This document shows, one piece after another, positions 27,209 to 36,319 of a stretch of 64,000 bases of DNA. A program made the translations under genes and the position numbers. The DNA is from Thermomicrobiales bacterium (GTDB lineage: Bacteria > Chloroflexota > Chloroflexia > Thermomicrobiales > UBA6265). The notes beneath the pieces were generated by a model. It ran no database searches and was not told where the DNA came from. It worked only from the letters and a program-made list of their open reading frames with translations. The stretch covers positions 130,216 through 194,215 of the forward strand of contig JAXLWU010000003.1 in assembly GCA_046328335.1 (NCBI GenBank). The letters are read 5' to 3'. How positions within the stretch are numbered: position 1 is the stretch's first letter; each line of letters starts with the position of its first letter.

Positions 27209-28075
27209 TCAGTCCAGCGGTTGGCCCGCGTCCAATGCGGCCCGCAGCGATTCGAACGGAAATCGCGGATACGAGCCGAAGATCTTCAACATCAGACTCT
27301 TCTCGGCGATCTCGTCCAGCACGTTGCTTACGCGTGGATCGACGCGATGTCCTTCGATATCGACGAGGAAGACGTACTCGCCGAGCCATCCTTTTGTCGG
27401 CCGGCTTTCGATCTTCGTCATCTGGAGACCTTCGTCCGCGATGCTGGTCAGGATCCAGTGCAGCACGCCGGGAACGTTCTCCTTGACGCGAAACCCGATC
27501 GAGGTCTTGTCGTCACCGGTCGGCGGGGCATCCTCCCGGGCGAGAACGACGAAACGGGTGACATTCGATTTGGCGTCCTGGATATCGTGCGCGAGGATCG
27601 CGCCACCGTAGATCTCCGCCGCGCGGCGCGTACCGATGGCGGCCCGCGTGGGGTCGCCTCCTTCCGAGACTTCCTGGACCGCGAGCGAGGTCGAGAGCGC
27701 GGCGACTTCCTCGACGCCAGGGAGACAGCGATCGAGGAAGCGGCGGCATTGGCCAAGCCCCTGCGGGTGCGAGGTGACGACCTTGATGTCCTCGATCCGC
27801 GCCCCCGGAATGGTGACCAGGAACTGGCGCACCGGAAGCACCAGTTCGCCGGCGATGCGAAGTGAGGTCTCGTGGATCAGGAGGTCGAGCGTTGTGCTTA
27901 CCGACCCCTCGATCGAGTTTTCGATGGGGATCACCGCTTCGTCGGCGAGCCCAGTCTCAACGGCAGAGACCAGCGCCGGGAACGAGGACATCGCGATCAG
28001 GTGATCGGAAGCGGTGCGCATCAGCGCGGCCTCTTCGCTGAACGAACCCCGTGGTCCCAGCGTCGCAGTCGTCAT
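27209..28075 (-). CDS. pheA: Prephenate dehydratase
   Basis: ATG at 28075 gives MTTATLGPRGSFSEEAA..VIPIENSIEGSV (PDT domain). The C-terminal ACT domain is TSIGFRVKENVPGVLHWILTSIADEGLQMTKIESRP. Confidence 0.85.
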   Translation of the reverse strand: MTTATLGPRGSFSEEAALMRTASDHLIAMSSFPALVSAVETGLADEAVIPIENSIEGSVSTTLDLLIHETSLRIAGELVLPVRQFLVTIPGARIEDIKVVTSHPQGLGQCRRFLDRCLPGVEEVAALSTSLAVQEVSEGGDPTRAAIGTRRAAEIYGGAILAHDIQDAKSNVTRFVVLAREDAPPTGDDKTSIGFRVKENVPGVLHWILTSIADEGLQMTKIESRPTKGWLGEYVFLVDIEGHRVDPRVSNVLDEIAEKSLMLKIFGSYPRFPFESLRAALDAGQPLD

Positions 28076-28159
28076 CGTGCTCGTTGCTCCTCGGGCGCTC
28101 CTGGTCCCGGCGTACGCGATCTTCAGGAATCTCGACACCTGGCTCCTATACTACCCGCC

Positions 28160-28843
28160 ATGTCTTCACCTGGCTCGCGTTCCACTCCGGCTCGGACTTC
28201 CGCCACCCAGGCGGTGGATGCGCCGTGGCGATTGTTCCTGGCGGCGCCGCTGACCGCTGAGGTCAAGACATTGATCGGGAATGAAATCGCATCACTCGAG
28301 AAGGAGGGATGGCCGGTACGCTGGACGCAGCCAGAAGCCGCACACCTGACGCTCCATTTCCTCGGGGAAACGCCGCCGGAGCGGGCGGAACTCCTCCGCC
28401 TCGCCTTGCCTTCGGTCGTGACCGCGCACGAAGCGTTCGATCTTCGCACCGCCGCCTTTGGTGTCTTTCCCCATTTTCGAGCCCCCCGGGTGCTCTGGTT
28501 GGGGTTGCATGGTCCCGTGCACCGCCTGCAGTCATTACAGAACGACCTTGGACAGACGCTGGCCGAATTCGATTTCCCGGTAGAACCTGGTCCTTATCAC
28601 CCGCACATCACACTCGGCCGCGTGCGTCGCGCCGAAGACATCCGCCAGGGTGGCCGGGGACTCGCCGATGCGATCAAGCGACGGTTCGTCAACAGCGCCA
28701 CGGGCGCCGCGGTGGCGCCGCCGTCACTGGCTGTGCCGGTGCGCGAGGTGCTGCTGATGCGGAGCCACCTCGGGCGTGACGGCTCCCGCTACGAGGAGAT
28801 CGCGGCGTTTCCCCTGCGGCAGACGCCGGAGCAAGCGGAATGA
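28160..28843 (+). CDS. thpR: RNA 2',3'-cyclic phosphodiesterase (2H phosphoesterase, ThpR/LigT family)
   Basis: ATG at 28160. The two HxT/S motifs are AHLTLHFLG and HPHITLGRV. 227 aa. Confidence 0.8.
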   Translation: MSSPGSRSTPARTSATQAVDAPWRLFLAAPLTAEVKTLIGNEIASLEKEGWPVRWTQPEAAHLTLHFLGETPPERAELLRLALPSVVTAHEAFDLRTAAFGVFPHFRAPRVLWLGLHGPVHRLQSLQNDLGQTLAEFDFPVEPGPYHPHITLGRVRRAEDIRQGGRGLADAIKRRFVNSATGAAVAPPSLAVPVREVLLMRSHLGRDGSRYEEIAAFPLRQTPEQAE

Positions 28844-29364
28844 GCGCGGTCGCGGTGCGTGCGCTCAGAATTGCGGTTTGCGCTCCCGGCACCGCGTCGG
28901 ACGAGGAACTCCTGCTGGCGGGAAGGGTGGGGACATTGCTCGCCGAAAGCGGATGTACGCTGGTTTGTGGCGGGCTCGGCGGCGCGATGGCCGCGGCCTG
29001 TCGTGGCGCCAAGGAAGCAGGAGGCACGACGATCGGCATCATCCCCGGGTATGACGACCGCGCGGCGAATCCCTGGGTCGATCACGTGATCTGCACCGGA
29101 CTCGGGCAGGCCCGAAACACGCTGGTCGCGGCGACCGGACAAGCGCTCATCGCGGTTGGCGGGGGCTGGGGCACGCTCTCGGAGATCGCCCTCGGGCTGC
29201 GCCTGGGGCGTTCCGTGGTGCTCCTTGGCGGTTGGTCCGAGCGATTTACGGCTGATGCGTTGGCGGAAGCGGAGATGCTCGGCGGCACGATCCTGGTGGC
29301 GTCGACGCCGGAAGAAGCGGTATCGTCCGCGATTTCCTCGGTGCGCGGTGCGGCCGCGAGCTAG
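28840..29364 (+). CDS. TIGR00725/LOG-like (SLOG superfamily) Rossmann-fold protein
   Basis: 174 aa. LVCGGLGGAMAAACRGA and AVGGGWGTLSEIALGL match the GGxGxM / PGGxGTxxE pattern of LOG/TIGR00725 proteins. Its start overlaps the thpR stop (ATGA). Confidence 0.65.
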   Translation: MSAVAVRALRIAVCAPGTASDEELLLAGRVGTLLAESGCTLVCGGLGGAMAAACRGAKEAGGTTIGIIPGYDDRAANPWVDHVICTGLGQARNTLVAATGQALIAVGGGWGTLSEIALGLRLGRSVVLLGGWSERFTADALAEAEMLGGTILVASTPEEAVSSAISSVRGAAAS

Positions 29365-29423
29365 CGCGGGCATCTCGTCGATGCGTCACCCATGAGCCAA
29401 TTTCATACCGATAGCGGGTAGTC

Positions 29424-29676
29424 ACTGCCGTCTCTTCTTGAAGCGCACCCTCACCCCAAACCCCTCTCCCGTCGAGCCCTGACAGGGGGAGGTAGGGCAG
29501 TCTCGTCGCGCGAACCCTCACCCCAACCCCTGGCTCCCTCCCGCTGCTCCCTCCCGTGCCTCCCTCCGCCGGAGGGAGGGGTCCCCCTCCACGGGAGGGA
29601 GGAGTCCCCCGTCGAGCCGGGAGAAGGGCTTTCGGCATGGTCAGTGGTGGGTATTCCTCGCGTCTTCATCCGGATT
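29424..29676 (+). repeat. Repeat family B, long composite copy (B2)
   Basis: ACTGCCGTCT..CACCCTCACCCCAA (present twice)..GCCTCCCTCCGCCGGAGGGAGG..CCCGTCGAGCCGGGAGAAGGGCTTT..CCTCGCGTCTTCATCCGGATT is collinear with 33781..33943. It fills a convergent gap. Confidence 0.7.
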
Positions 29677-29681
29677 CCGTA

Positions 29682-30044
29682 TCAGGCGTAGAGTTCGTCC
29701 GTCTTCGCCGCCATGATGAAATCGTTGCGGTGGAGACCGCGGATCTTGCGCGACCACCAGGCGACGGTGACGCGGCCCCACTCGGTCAGCAGCGCCGGAT
29801 GGTGACCCTGTTCCTCGGCGAGCTCGCCGACGCGGACGGAAAAGGTGAGCGCCTCGCGGAAATTGGGGAAGCGGTAGGTACGCACCAGCCGCGGCACCCC
29901 TTCCTGGATCTGCTCCTCCCAGTCTGGAATGAGCGGGCCAAGTTCGGCCGCCTCCTCCGGCGTTACCAGTGGTGAATCGCGACGGCAGGCCTCGCAGTGT
30001 TGAGAGCGCAGTTCGGCCAACTGCGGCACGAGTTCATCGGCCAC
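29682..30044 (-). CDS. Pterin-4-alpha-carbinolamine dehydratase (PCD/DCoH family)
   Basis: C-terminus [38 protein letters not shown] is the PCD signature. The start is set at GTG 30044 with an AAGGAG RBS 9 nt upstream. It overlaps the upstream gene by 11 nt. Confidence 0.8.
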   Translation of the reverse strand: MADELVPQLAELRSQHCEACRRDSPLVTPEEAAELGPLIPDWEEQIQEGVPRLVRTYRFPNFREALTFSVRVGELAEEQGHHPALLTEWGRVTVAWWSRKIRGLHRNDFIMAAKTDELYA

Positions 30045-31158
30045 GCCGGGGTGCTCCTTTCGCTGGCTGCCGCTGTCGGCCGTGACGAAATGGTGCGCGG
30101 CGCGGACGCTTCGCGGCCGCGATCGTGAGCCCATGCTCGAGTTCGGTGAGGGAGCGCAGCATCATATCGATGGCGGCGCGAAGCAGACTGGGCGGACGCT
30201 CCGCAACCCCGGCTGGATAGGCCTGCACGAGCAATTGACCGGTGGTTGCCACCGCATCCAGCGCGGCTATCGCGGGGAGTACGCGCCGTTCGGCGGGCGG
30301 GAGCGCGACTCGCTCGCTGTACGCGCCAATCGCCGCCTCCACCGCTTCTTCCGACCATCCCCTGAGACGAACAATCGCCTGGCTCAAATCGAGAAGGGGA
30401 GAACCGGCAACCGCGCGTTCCCAGCCGAGGAGCCCGGTGATGGAATCTTCTGATCGCAGGACGTGGGACGGCCAGAGATCGAGATGGACCGCGGCGACCG
30501 GGAGGGCGCCGGTCGCCGTGGCGTCGACGATCACAGGTTCGGCAGCCGCCAAGAGGCGTTCTCCGGTCGCCAGCCAGCGCTGGATGGCCGGTTCACGCGG
30601 GGCGCGCGCGCGCAGTGAGGCAAGTTGCCGCGCCTGCGCCTGACGGACGATGTCAGGCAACGCCGCGATCGGTGCCGCGGGAACCCCTGGTTGCGCGGCA
30701 AGCGTGGTGGTTGAGCCATGGACAATGGCGATCGCGGCGATCACCTGAGCAAAGAGCGGTACCGGGAGCGCTGCTGGTAGATCGATCCGGTCGTTCGCCT
30801 CGGGCCAGAATGTCTCCGCCCGCGGTGGCGGCTGCCCTGGCAACCAGTCCTGAGCATCAAAGAGGCGAGTTCCAATACGAAGAACCGTCTCGTTTGAGTC
30901 TGGCAATGACAGCACCGCGGGAACGGTCTCGAGACCGGAATCGCGCGCCGCTGAGATCACCTCGTGGCCGAATGCGAGATCGCCATGGGTGGCGGCCGCT
31001 GGCCATTGCCTGACCTTTCGCGTCCCTGTCGATGATTGCACCTTCACGATATCAGGGTGTCCCTGAATTGCTTCACATTGTGATGCGTCGGGAACGAACG
31101 CGCGGGCAGCTACGGCGAGGTCGTCGGTGCAGATCGAGGTGGGCGAAGAGTCAACCAT
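30034..31158 (-). CDS. Aminoglycoside-phosphotransferase/CotS-like kinase-fold protein
   Basis: 374 aa. [12 protein letters not shown] resembles the HxDxxxxN catalytic loop of APH/choline-kinase-fold proteins, followed by LLGWERA..DLSQ. The similarity is weak and recall-based. Confidence 0.45.
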   Translation of the reverse strand: MVDSSPTSICTDDLAVAARAFVPDASQCEAIQGHPDIVKVQSSTGTRKVRQWPAAATHGDLAFGHEVISAARDSGLETVPAVLSLPDSNETVLRIGTRLFDAQDWLPGQPPPRAETFWPEANDRIDLPAALPVPLFAQVIAAIAIVHGSTTTLAAQPGVPAAPIAALPDIVRQAQARQLASLRARAPREPAIQRWLATGERLLAAAEPVIVDATATGALPVAAVHLDLWPSHVLRSEDSITGLLGWERAVAGSPLLDLSQAIVRLRGWSEEAVEAAIGAYSERVALPPAERRVLPAIAALDAVATTGQLLVQAYPAGVAERPPSLLRAAIDMMLRSLTELEHGLTIAAAKRPRRAPFRHGRQRQPAKGAPRRGR

Positions 31159-31178
31159 ATCGGGAGTATAGGCCTCTG

Positions 31179-32957
31179 TCAGTCAATTTCCGCGAGCGGA
31201 TCACCGATGCGCACGGCCATCCCAGGGTTCGCGATCAGGCGAGTCATGACTCCGTCACGGTGCGCGCTGACATCGTTTTCCATCTTCATCGCTTCGATGA
31301 CACAGATGGTCTGCCCGCGCTGAACGACGCTTCCTTCCTGGAGTGGCACGCGAACCACCGTCCCCTGGATCGGGCTGCGCAACAAAGCATCGGTCGCCCC
31401 CGCGGTGTGCCCGTTGCCGGCGCCGATGCGGGCGGGTCGCACGCCGCGGGACGAGCCGGTAGCACTGCCGTGATCAAGGCCATGAATCCGGACATCAAAG
31501 CGACGACCATTGACCACCGCGGTCAGGTCCGTTGCAGGCTCTGACGACGTTGCCGGGCTTGTCACACTCTGGCTGGGAGGCGGCAGGACGTCAGGAAAGC
31601 GATCGATGAACGTCGTGGCCGCAATCTCGTCCCGCCATCCCGGGTGATCGAGTACGCGCAGGTGGAAATCGCGCGTGGTCGGGACTCCGGTGACTTCCAG
31701 TTCCAGCAACGCCCGGCGCATCCGGGCGATCGCTTCTGGACGGTCGCGGCCCCAGGCGATCACCTTGGCAATGAGCGAGTCATACGTAGGGTGGATTCTC
31801 GTGCCGCTGGCCGCGGCGGTGTCGACGCGAATACCCATCCCGGCCGGGGCGTGAAACGAGACGATCGTGCCCGGCGCCGGGGCAAACCCCTGACCCGGAT
31901 CCTCGGCGTTGATGCGGCATTCAATCGCGTGGCCGCGCGGCGCTACTCGGTCCGCTGTGAACGAAAGCGGCCTTCCGGCGGCAACGAGGAATTGCTCTCG
32001 CACCAGGTCGATGCCGGTCGTCGCCTCGGTAATCGGATGTTCGACCTGGATGCGCGTGTTCATCTCCAGGAAGGCAAACGTGCCATCGGCGGCCAGGATG
32101 AACTCGACGGTGCCGGCGTTGACGTACTTCACCTCACGGGCGAGCGCGACCGCGGCGTCGGCCATCGCCTGCCGCGTCGATGGTGATAGTCCGACGGCGG
32201 GCGCTTCTTCGAGCAACTTCTGGTGACGGCGTTGCAGGGAGCAATCACGATTGCCGACGGCGACCACGTTGCCAAAGACGTCGGCCATGATCTGAACTTC
32301 GATGTGGCGCGGATGCTCGAGATAGCGTTCCAGATAGACCTCGGGGTTCGCGAACGAACGAGCCGCCTCCCCGGTAGCGCCAAGAAACGCGGTCTCCATC
32401 TCCTCCGGGTGCCGGGCGACCCGGAACCCGCGGCCGCCTCCTCCTCCGGACGCCTTGATCGCGACGGGGTAGCCGAAGCGCTTGCCCCAGGCGAGCGCCT
32501 CCTCGATGGTCGTGACCGCGCCATCAGAACCCGGTACCACCGGCACGTTTGCCTGATGCGCCAGACGCCGTGAGGCGATCTTGTCGCCCATCGCGGCAAT
32601 GGCGGGCGCTGGTGGTCCAACGAACACCAATCCGGCGTCCTGGCAGGCGAGGGCAAATTCGGCATTTTCCGAAAGGAATCCGTAACCGGGGTGAATCGCT
32701 GCCGCGCCGGAGCGTTTCGCCACATCGATAATGGCCGGGATATCGAGGTACGGAATGGCGGAAGCCGACGGGATCCGGAACGCGTCGTCCGCGAGGCGGA
32801 CATGAAAATCATGCTCTTCACCATCGCCGAAGAGGGCCACGGTACTGAGTCCGAGATCACGAGCGGCGCGGATGATGCGCACCGCGATCTCGCCCCGATT
32901 GGCGACGAGCACTGTCCGGAACGGAAGATCATGCGCAAGAATCGATGCATCGGTCAT
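31179..32957 (-). CDS. Acyl-CoA carboxylase alpha subunit (biotin carboxylase fused to biotin carboxyl carrier domain)
   Basis: 592 aa. VLVANRGEIAVRIIRAA, ATP-grasp motifs (VAIKASGGGGGRG, EMNTRIQVEHPITE), and a C-terminal biotinyl motif CVIEAMKMEN. Confidence 0.9.
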   Translation of the reverse strand: MTDASILAHDLPFRTVLVANRGEIAVRIIRAARDLGLSTVALFGDGEEHDFHVRLADDAFRIPSASAIPYLDIPAIIDVAKRSGAAAIHPGYGFLSENAEFALACQDAGLVFVGPPAPAIAAMGDKIASRRLAHQANVPVVPGSDGAVTTIEEALAWGKRFGYPVAIKASGGGGGRGFRVARHPEEMETAFLGATGEAARSFANPEVYLERYLEHPRHIEVQIMADVFGNVVAVGNRDCSLQRRHQKLLEEAPAVGLSPSTRQAMADAAVALAREVKYVNAGTVEFILAADGTFAFLEMNTRIQVEHPITEATTGIDLVREQFLVAAGRPLSFTADRVAPRGHAIECRINAEDPGQGFAPAPGTIVSFHAPAGMGIRVDTAAASGTRIHPTYDSLIAKVIAWGRDRPEAIARMRRALLELEVTGVPTTRDFHLRVLDHPGWRDEIAATTFIDRFPDVLPPPSQSVTSPATSSEPATDLTAVVNGRRFDVRIHGLDHGSATGSSRGVRPARIGAGNGHTAGATDALLRSPIQGTVVRVPLQEGSVVQRGQTICVIEAMKMENDVSAHRDGVMTRLIANPGMAVRIGDPLAEID

Positions 32958-33089
32958 GGCGCGATGATAGCCCGGACGGCTTCATGGCGGCGGAATCGCG
33001 CGGCGTGAGCACGATCCGAATCGGTGACGATTGGGGCTTATCCTGGTGCTAGACTCGGGCGTAGAAGGTGTCCACGGAGGAACGTCGAG

Positions 33090-33740
33090 GTGACGAAGAT
33101 GGTGCTTCACGCCAGTGGGATGCGGCAGGAATACAAGCGCTCCGGACTTGACTTCGCGGACCTCGACGGCGATCCACTGAAGCAGTTCAAGCGGTGGTTC
33201 GAAGATGCGCTGGAAGCGAGCGGAGGCGAGGCGAACGCGATGATCCTGGCGACCTCCTCGGCCGAGGGCGTGCCCTCGGCGCGAGTGGTCCTGCTCAAGG
33301 GCGTCGACGAGCGGGGCTTCGTTTTCTACTCCAACTACGAGAGCGCCAAGGGCCGGGACCTCGACGCCAACCCACGCGCCGCGCTGACGTTTTTCTGGCC
33401 CGCGTTGGAGCGCCAGGTGAGGATTTCGGGCCGCGCGGAGCGGATCAGCCGCGAGGAGTCGAGCGAGTACTTCAGTAGCAGGCCGCTCGGCAGCCAGATT
33501 GGCGCGAATCTTTCTCGCCAAAGCGAGGTCATCCCGAGCCGGGAATACCTGGAAACCGAATTCGCCAAGCTGGAAGCGCTCTTCGGGGACGGTCCCGTTC
33601 CGCTGCCTGATTACTGGGGCGGTTATCGCGTCGTCCCGGAACAGGTCGAATTCTGGCAGGGGCGGCCCAGCCGCCTGCATGACCGGCTGCGCTATCGACA
33701 GGATGGAAGCGGCTGGACGATCGAACGCCTGTCGCCGTGA
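33090..33740 (+). CDS. pdxH: Pyridoxamine 5'-phosphate oxidase
   Basis: [78 protein letters not shown] are canonical PdxH motifs. GTG at 33090 lies 9 nt after GGAGG; ATG at 33099 is the alternative. Confidence 0.85.
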   Translation: MTKMVLHASGMRQEYKRSGLDFADLDGDPLKQFKRWFEDALEASGGEANAMILATSSAEGVPSARVVLLKGVDERGFVFYSNYESAKGRDLDANPRAALTFFWPALERQVRISGRAERISREESSEYFSSRPLGSQIGANLSRQSEVIPSREYLETEFAKLEALFGDGPVPLPDYWGGYRVVPEQVEFWQGRPSRLHDRLRYRQDGSGWTIERLSP

Positions 33741-33780
33741 GATTCCGCCACCCAACCCATTGTCAAATGGAATCCGGCTG

Positions 33781-33943
33781 ACTGCCGTCTTGGCGCCGCA
33801 GCCACCCTCACCCCAACCCTATCTCCCTCCCATGGCTCCCTCCCAAGCCTCCCTCCGCCGGAGGGAGGAGTCTCCCGTCGAGCCGGGAGAGGGGCTTTTT
33901 GGCTGGGTCATTGGGGTGATTTCCTCACGTCTTCATCCGGATT
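33781..33943 (+). repeat. Repeat family B, long copy (B3)
   Basis: ACTGCCGTCT..CACCCTCACCCCAACCC..GCCTCCCTCCGCCGGAGGGAGG..CCCGTCGAGCCGGGAGAGGGGCTTT..CCTCACGTCTTCATCCGGATT. It sits in a convergent gap between pdxH and glgP. Confidence 0.7.
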
Positions 33944-33965
33944 GTGTGAGAGTCCAGGTCGACTG

Positions 33966-36179
33966 CTAATCCCCGCCCGCGCCGACTGACTCGCGGACCC
34001 ATTTGGCGCCGCCTTCCGATGCCGGGAGATAGAGCCGGGTGATGTAATCGATGACCATGCGCCGGGCAGAGAAGCGGGGAGCGATGGTGCAGATCGCCTC
34101 CCTCGACCGGGCGATCCACTTCCGGGGCAACCCCTGATCGTCGCGGTCGTAGAAGAGCGGCACGAGTTCATTTTCGAGTGCGCTGTAGATCGCTTCGGCG
34201 TCGGCGCTATCGCCTGGTCCGTCCGGCAATTCCGACGGTTCCAAGCCCCAACCATTGGACGCGTTGGCCTGCCAGCCCTCGATCCACCAGCCATCCAGAA
34301 TCGAGAGATTCAGCACGCCGTTGGCTCCGGCCTTCATGCCGGAGGTGCCACTTGCTTCCAGCGGCGCGCGCGGATTGTTGAGCCAGACATCGACGCCCGC
34401 GTACAGTCGGCTGGCAAGCAGCATGTCATAGTCTTCGGCAAACGCGATGCGGCCTCCAAAACGAGGATCGAGCGAGCGCCAGAAGATCTCCTGGATCAGC
34501 CGTTTGCCGCCGTCGTCGGCGGGATGAGCCTTGCCGGCAAAGATGATCTGGACCGGGCGGTCGGGATTGGTGAGGATTCGCGCCAATCGGTCGGCGTCGT
34601 TGAAGATCAACGTGGCCCGCTTGTAGGTCGCAAAGCGGCGAGCGAATCCGATAGTCAGGACATCCGACTTGAGGAAGGGCGCCCCGACGACGACCTGTTT
34701 CGGATCGAGTTCACCGGAAGTCCAGCGGCGGCGCGCATATTCCCGCAGATAGGCGAGGAGGGTCTCCTTGTTCGCCATCTTGACCGACCAGAGGGCTTCG
34801 TCCGGGATATCTCGTACCGGTTCCCAGGTCTCAGGCTCCTGCAACCGGTCACGCCAACCTTCCGGCATCCATTCATCGAGGAGTTTCTGCAGCGGGTCCG
34901 AAAGCCACGTCAGCAGGTGAACCCCGTTCGTGATGGAGGTGATCGGCACCTTCGGCGTTGGAACGTCCGGCCAGAGGTCATGCCACATGGCCCGGGTGAT
35001 CTCGCCGTGCCGGGAGGAAACGCCATTGCGAAAGTCCGAGAGCCGCATCGACAGCGCGGTCATGTTGAAGCCGTCGCCGCTGGCGTCATGGTGGCCGAGC
35101 GCAAGAAACTCGTCACGGGTCAAACCGAGTTCCGGCCAGAAATAACTGAAATAGCGGTCGATCAGAAATGGTGGGAAGACATCGTGGCCGGCCGGGACCG
35201 GTGTGTGCGAGGTGAACACGGACGAGGCTGCCACCCGCTCTGCCGCTGCGGTGAAGGTCAGGCCCTGAGCAACCCACTCCCGGGCGCGCTCGAGTAAGTG
35301 AAACCCGGCGTGCCCTTCGTTGCCATGCCAATAGACTGGGTCGATTTCCATCGCCCGCAGCGCCCGCACCCCGCCGATGCCGAGGATCTTCTCCTGGCGT
35401 AGCCGATGCTCCTGGTCGCCGCCATAGAGACGCGAGGAGATCGTACGCGTCCAATCGGGATTCCCCTCGACATCGGCGTCGAGGAGATAGAGGGGAACCC
35501 GGCCGACCTGGACTTTCCAGATCTGCAGCCGTACCGGCATGGTCGGGTCGTCGAAGACGATTTCGACCTGGAGCGGCTGGCCATCCGCGCCCAGCACGAG
35601 GCTCGTCGGTTCGGCGCCGGGTTCGAGGCTCGGTGTGACATCGAGTTGCCAACCGTCATGCGTCAATCGCTGCCGGAGATAGCCCTGCCGGTAGAGGAGC
35701 GAGACGGCGACCAACGGCAGGCCCAAATCGCTGGAGGCCTTGGTGTGGTCCCCCGCGAGAACACCCAAACCGCCAGAGTAAATCGGAAGCGAAGGATGAA
35801 CGCCGAATTCGGCGGAGAAGTAGGCCACGGTTCGGTCCACCAGTTCTTCGTGGTGGCTCCCCACCCAGGTGGCACGGGGTGGAGCGGAGAACGCGGCGTC
35901 GAACTCGGCGAGAACCGCATCGTAGTGGGCCAGGTACTCCGGGTTCGTTGCCGCCTCCCGGAGCCGCTTCTGATCGACGTCGCGCAGGAGGATGACCGGG
36001 TTTTCCTCGACCGAGTCGAACAGGATCGGGTCGAGTTGGCGATAGAGGCTCTCGGCCTCCGGGTGCCAACTCCACCACAGATTCTCGGCCAGCGGACCAA
36101 GCCCGCTGATGCGCTCAGGCAGCGTTGCCGGCGGCGCCACGTCCGATCCTGTCATCTCGCGACTACTCCTCAAGTGCAT
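33966..36179 (-). CDS. glgP: Alpha-glucan (glycogen/maltodextrin) phosphorylase, GT35
   Basis: 737 aa. [41 protein letters not shown] and [25 protein letters not shown] (PLP-Lys region). Confidence 0.9.
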   Translation of the reverse strand: MHLRSSREMTGSDVAPPATLPERISGLGPLAENLWWSWHPEAESLYRQLDPILFDSVEENPVILLRDVDQKRLREAATNPEYLAHYDAVLAEFDAAFSAPPRATWVGSHHEELVDRTVAYFSAEFGVHPSLPIYSGGLGVLAGDHTKASSDLGLPLVAVSLLYRQGYLRQRLTHDGWQLDVTPSLEPGAEPTSLVLGADGQPLQVEIVFDDPTMPVRLQIWKVQVGRVPLYLLDADVEGNPDWTRTISSRLYGGDQEHRLRQEKILGIGGVRALRAMEIDPVYWHGNEGHAGFHLLERAREWVAQGLTFTAAAERVAASSVFTSHTPVPAGHDVFPPFLIDRYFSYFWPELGLTRDEFLALGHHDASGDGFNMTALSMRLSDFRNGVSSRHGEITRAMWHDLWPDVPTPKVPITSITNGVHLLTWLSDPLQKLLDEWMPEGWRDRLQEPETWEPVRDIPDEALWSVKMANKETLLAYLREYARRRWTSGELDPKQVVVGAPFLKSDVLTIGFARRFATYKRATLIFNDADRLARILTNPDRPVQIIFAGKAHPADDGGKRLIQEIFWRSLDPRFGGRIAFAEDYDMLLASRLYAGVDVWLNNPRAPLEASGTSGMKAGANGVLNLSILDGWWIEGWQANASNGWGLEPSELPDGPGDSADAEAIYSALENELVPLFYDRDDQGLPRKWIARSREAICTIAPRFSARRMVIDYITRLYLPASEGGAKWVRESVGAGGD

Positions 36180-36319
36180 TGTCGTGACTGCGCGTGCATA
36201 ATCAACAAAGGCGCAATGGCGCGGATATCCATGCAGGGTATCACGTTGCCGTCACGGTGTTGGTCGTTTTGAGGTCAGATGTGATGACGTTGTTGTAGCG
36301 GAGTGACCGCGAGCAGGAC

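Noticed and set aside
29424-29676. Possible CRISPR-like or coding nature of the CTCCCTCC-rich region (ORFs 29451..29669, 29556..29975, 33499..33969).
   Set aside because: The repeat units are irregular in length and spacing and palindromic, with no spacer-like unique segments and no cas genes. The ORFs are Pro/Gly/Glu-rich translations of the repeat. I classified it as dispersed repeat family B.
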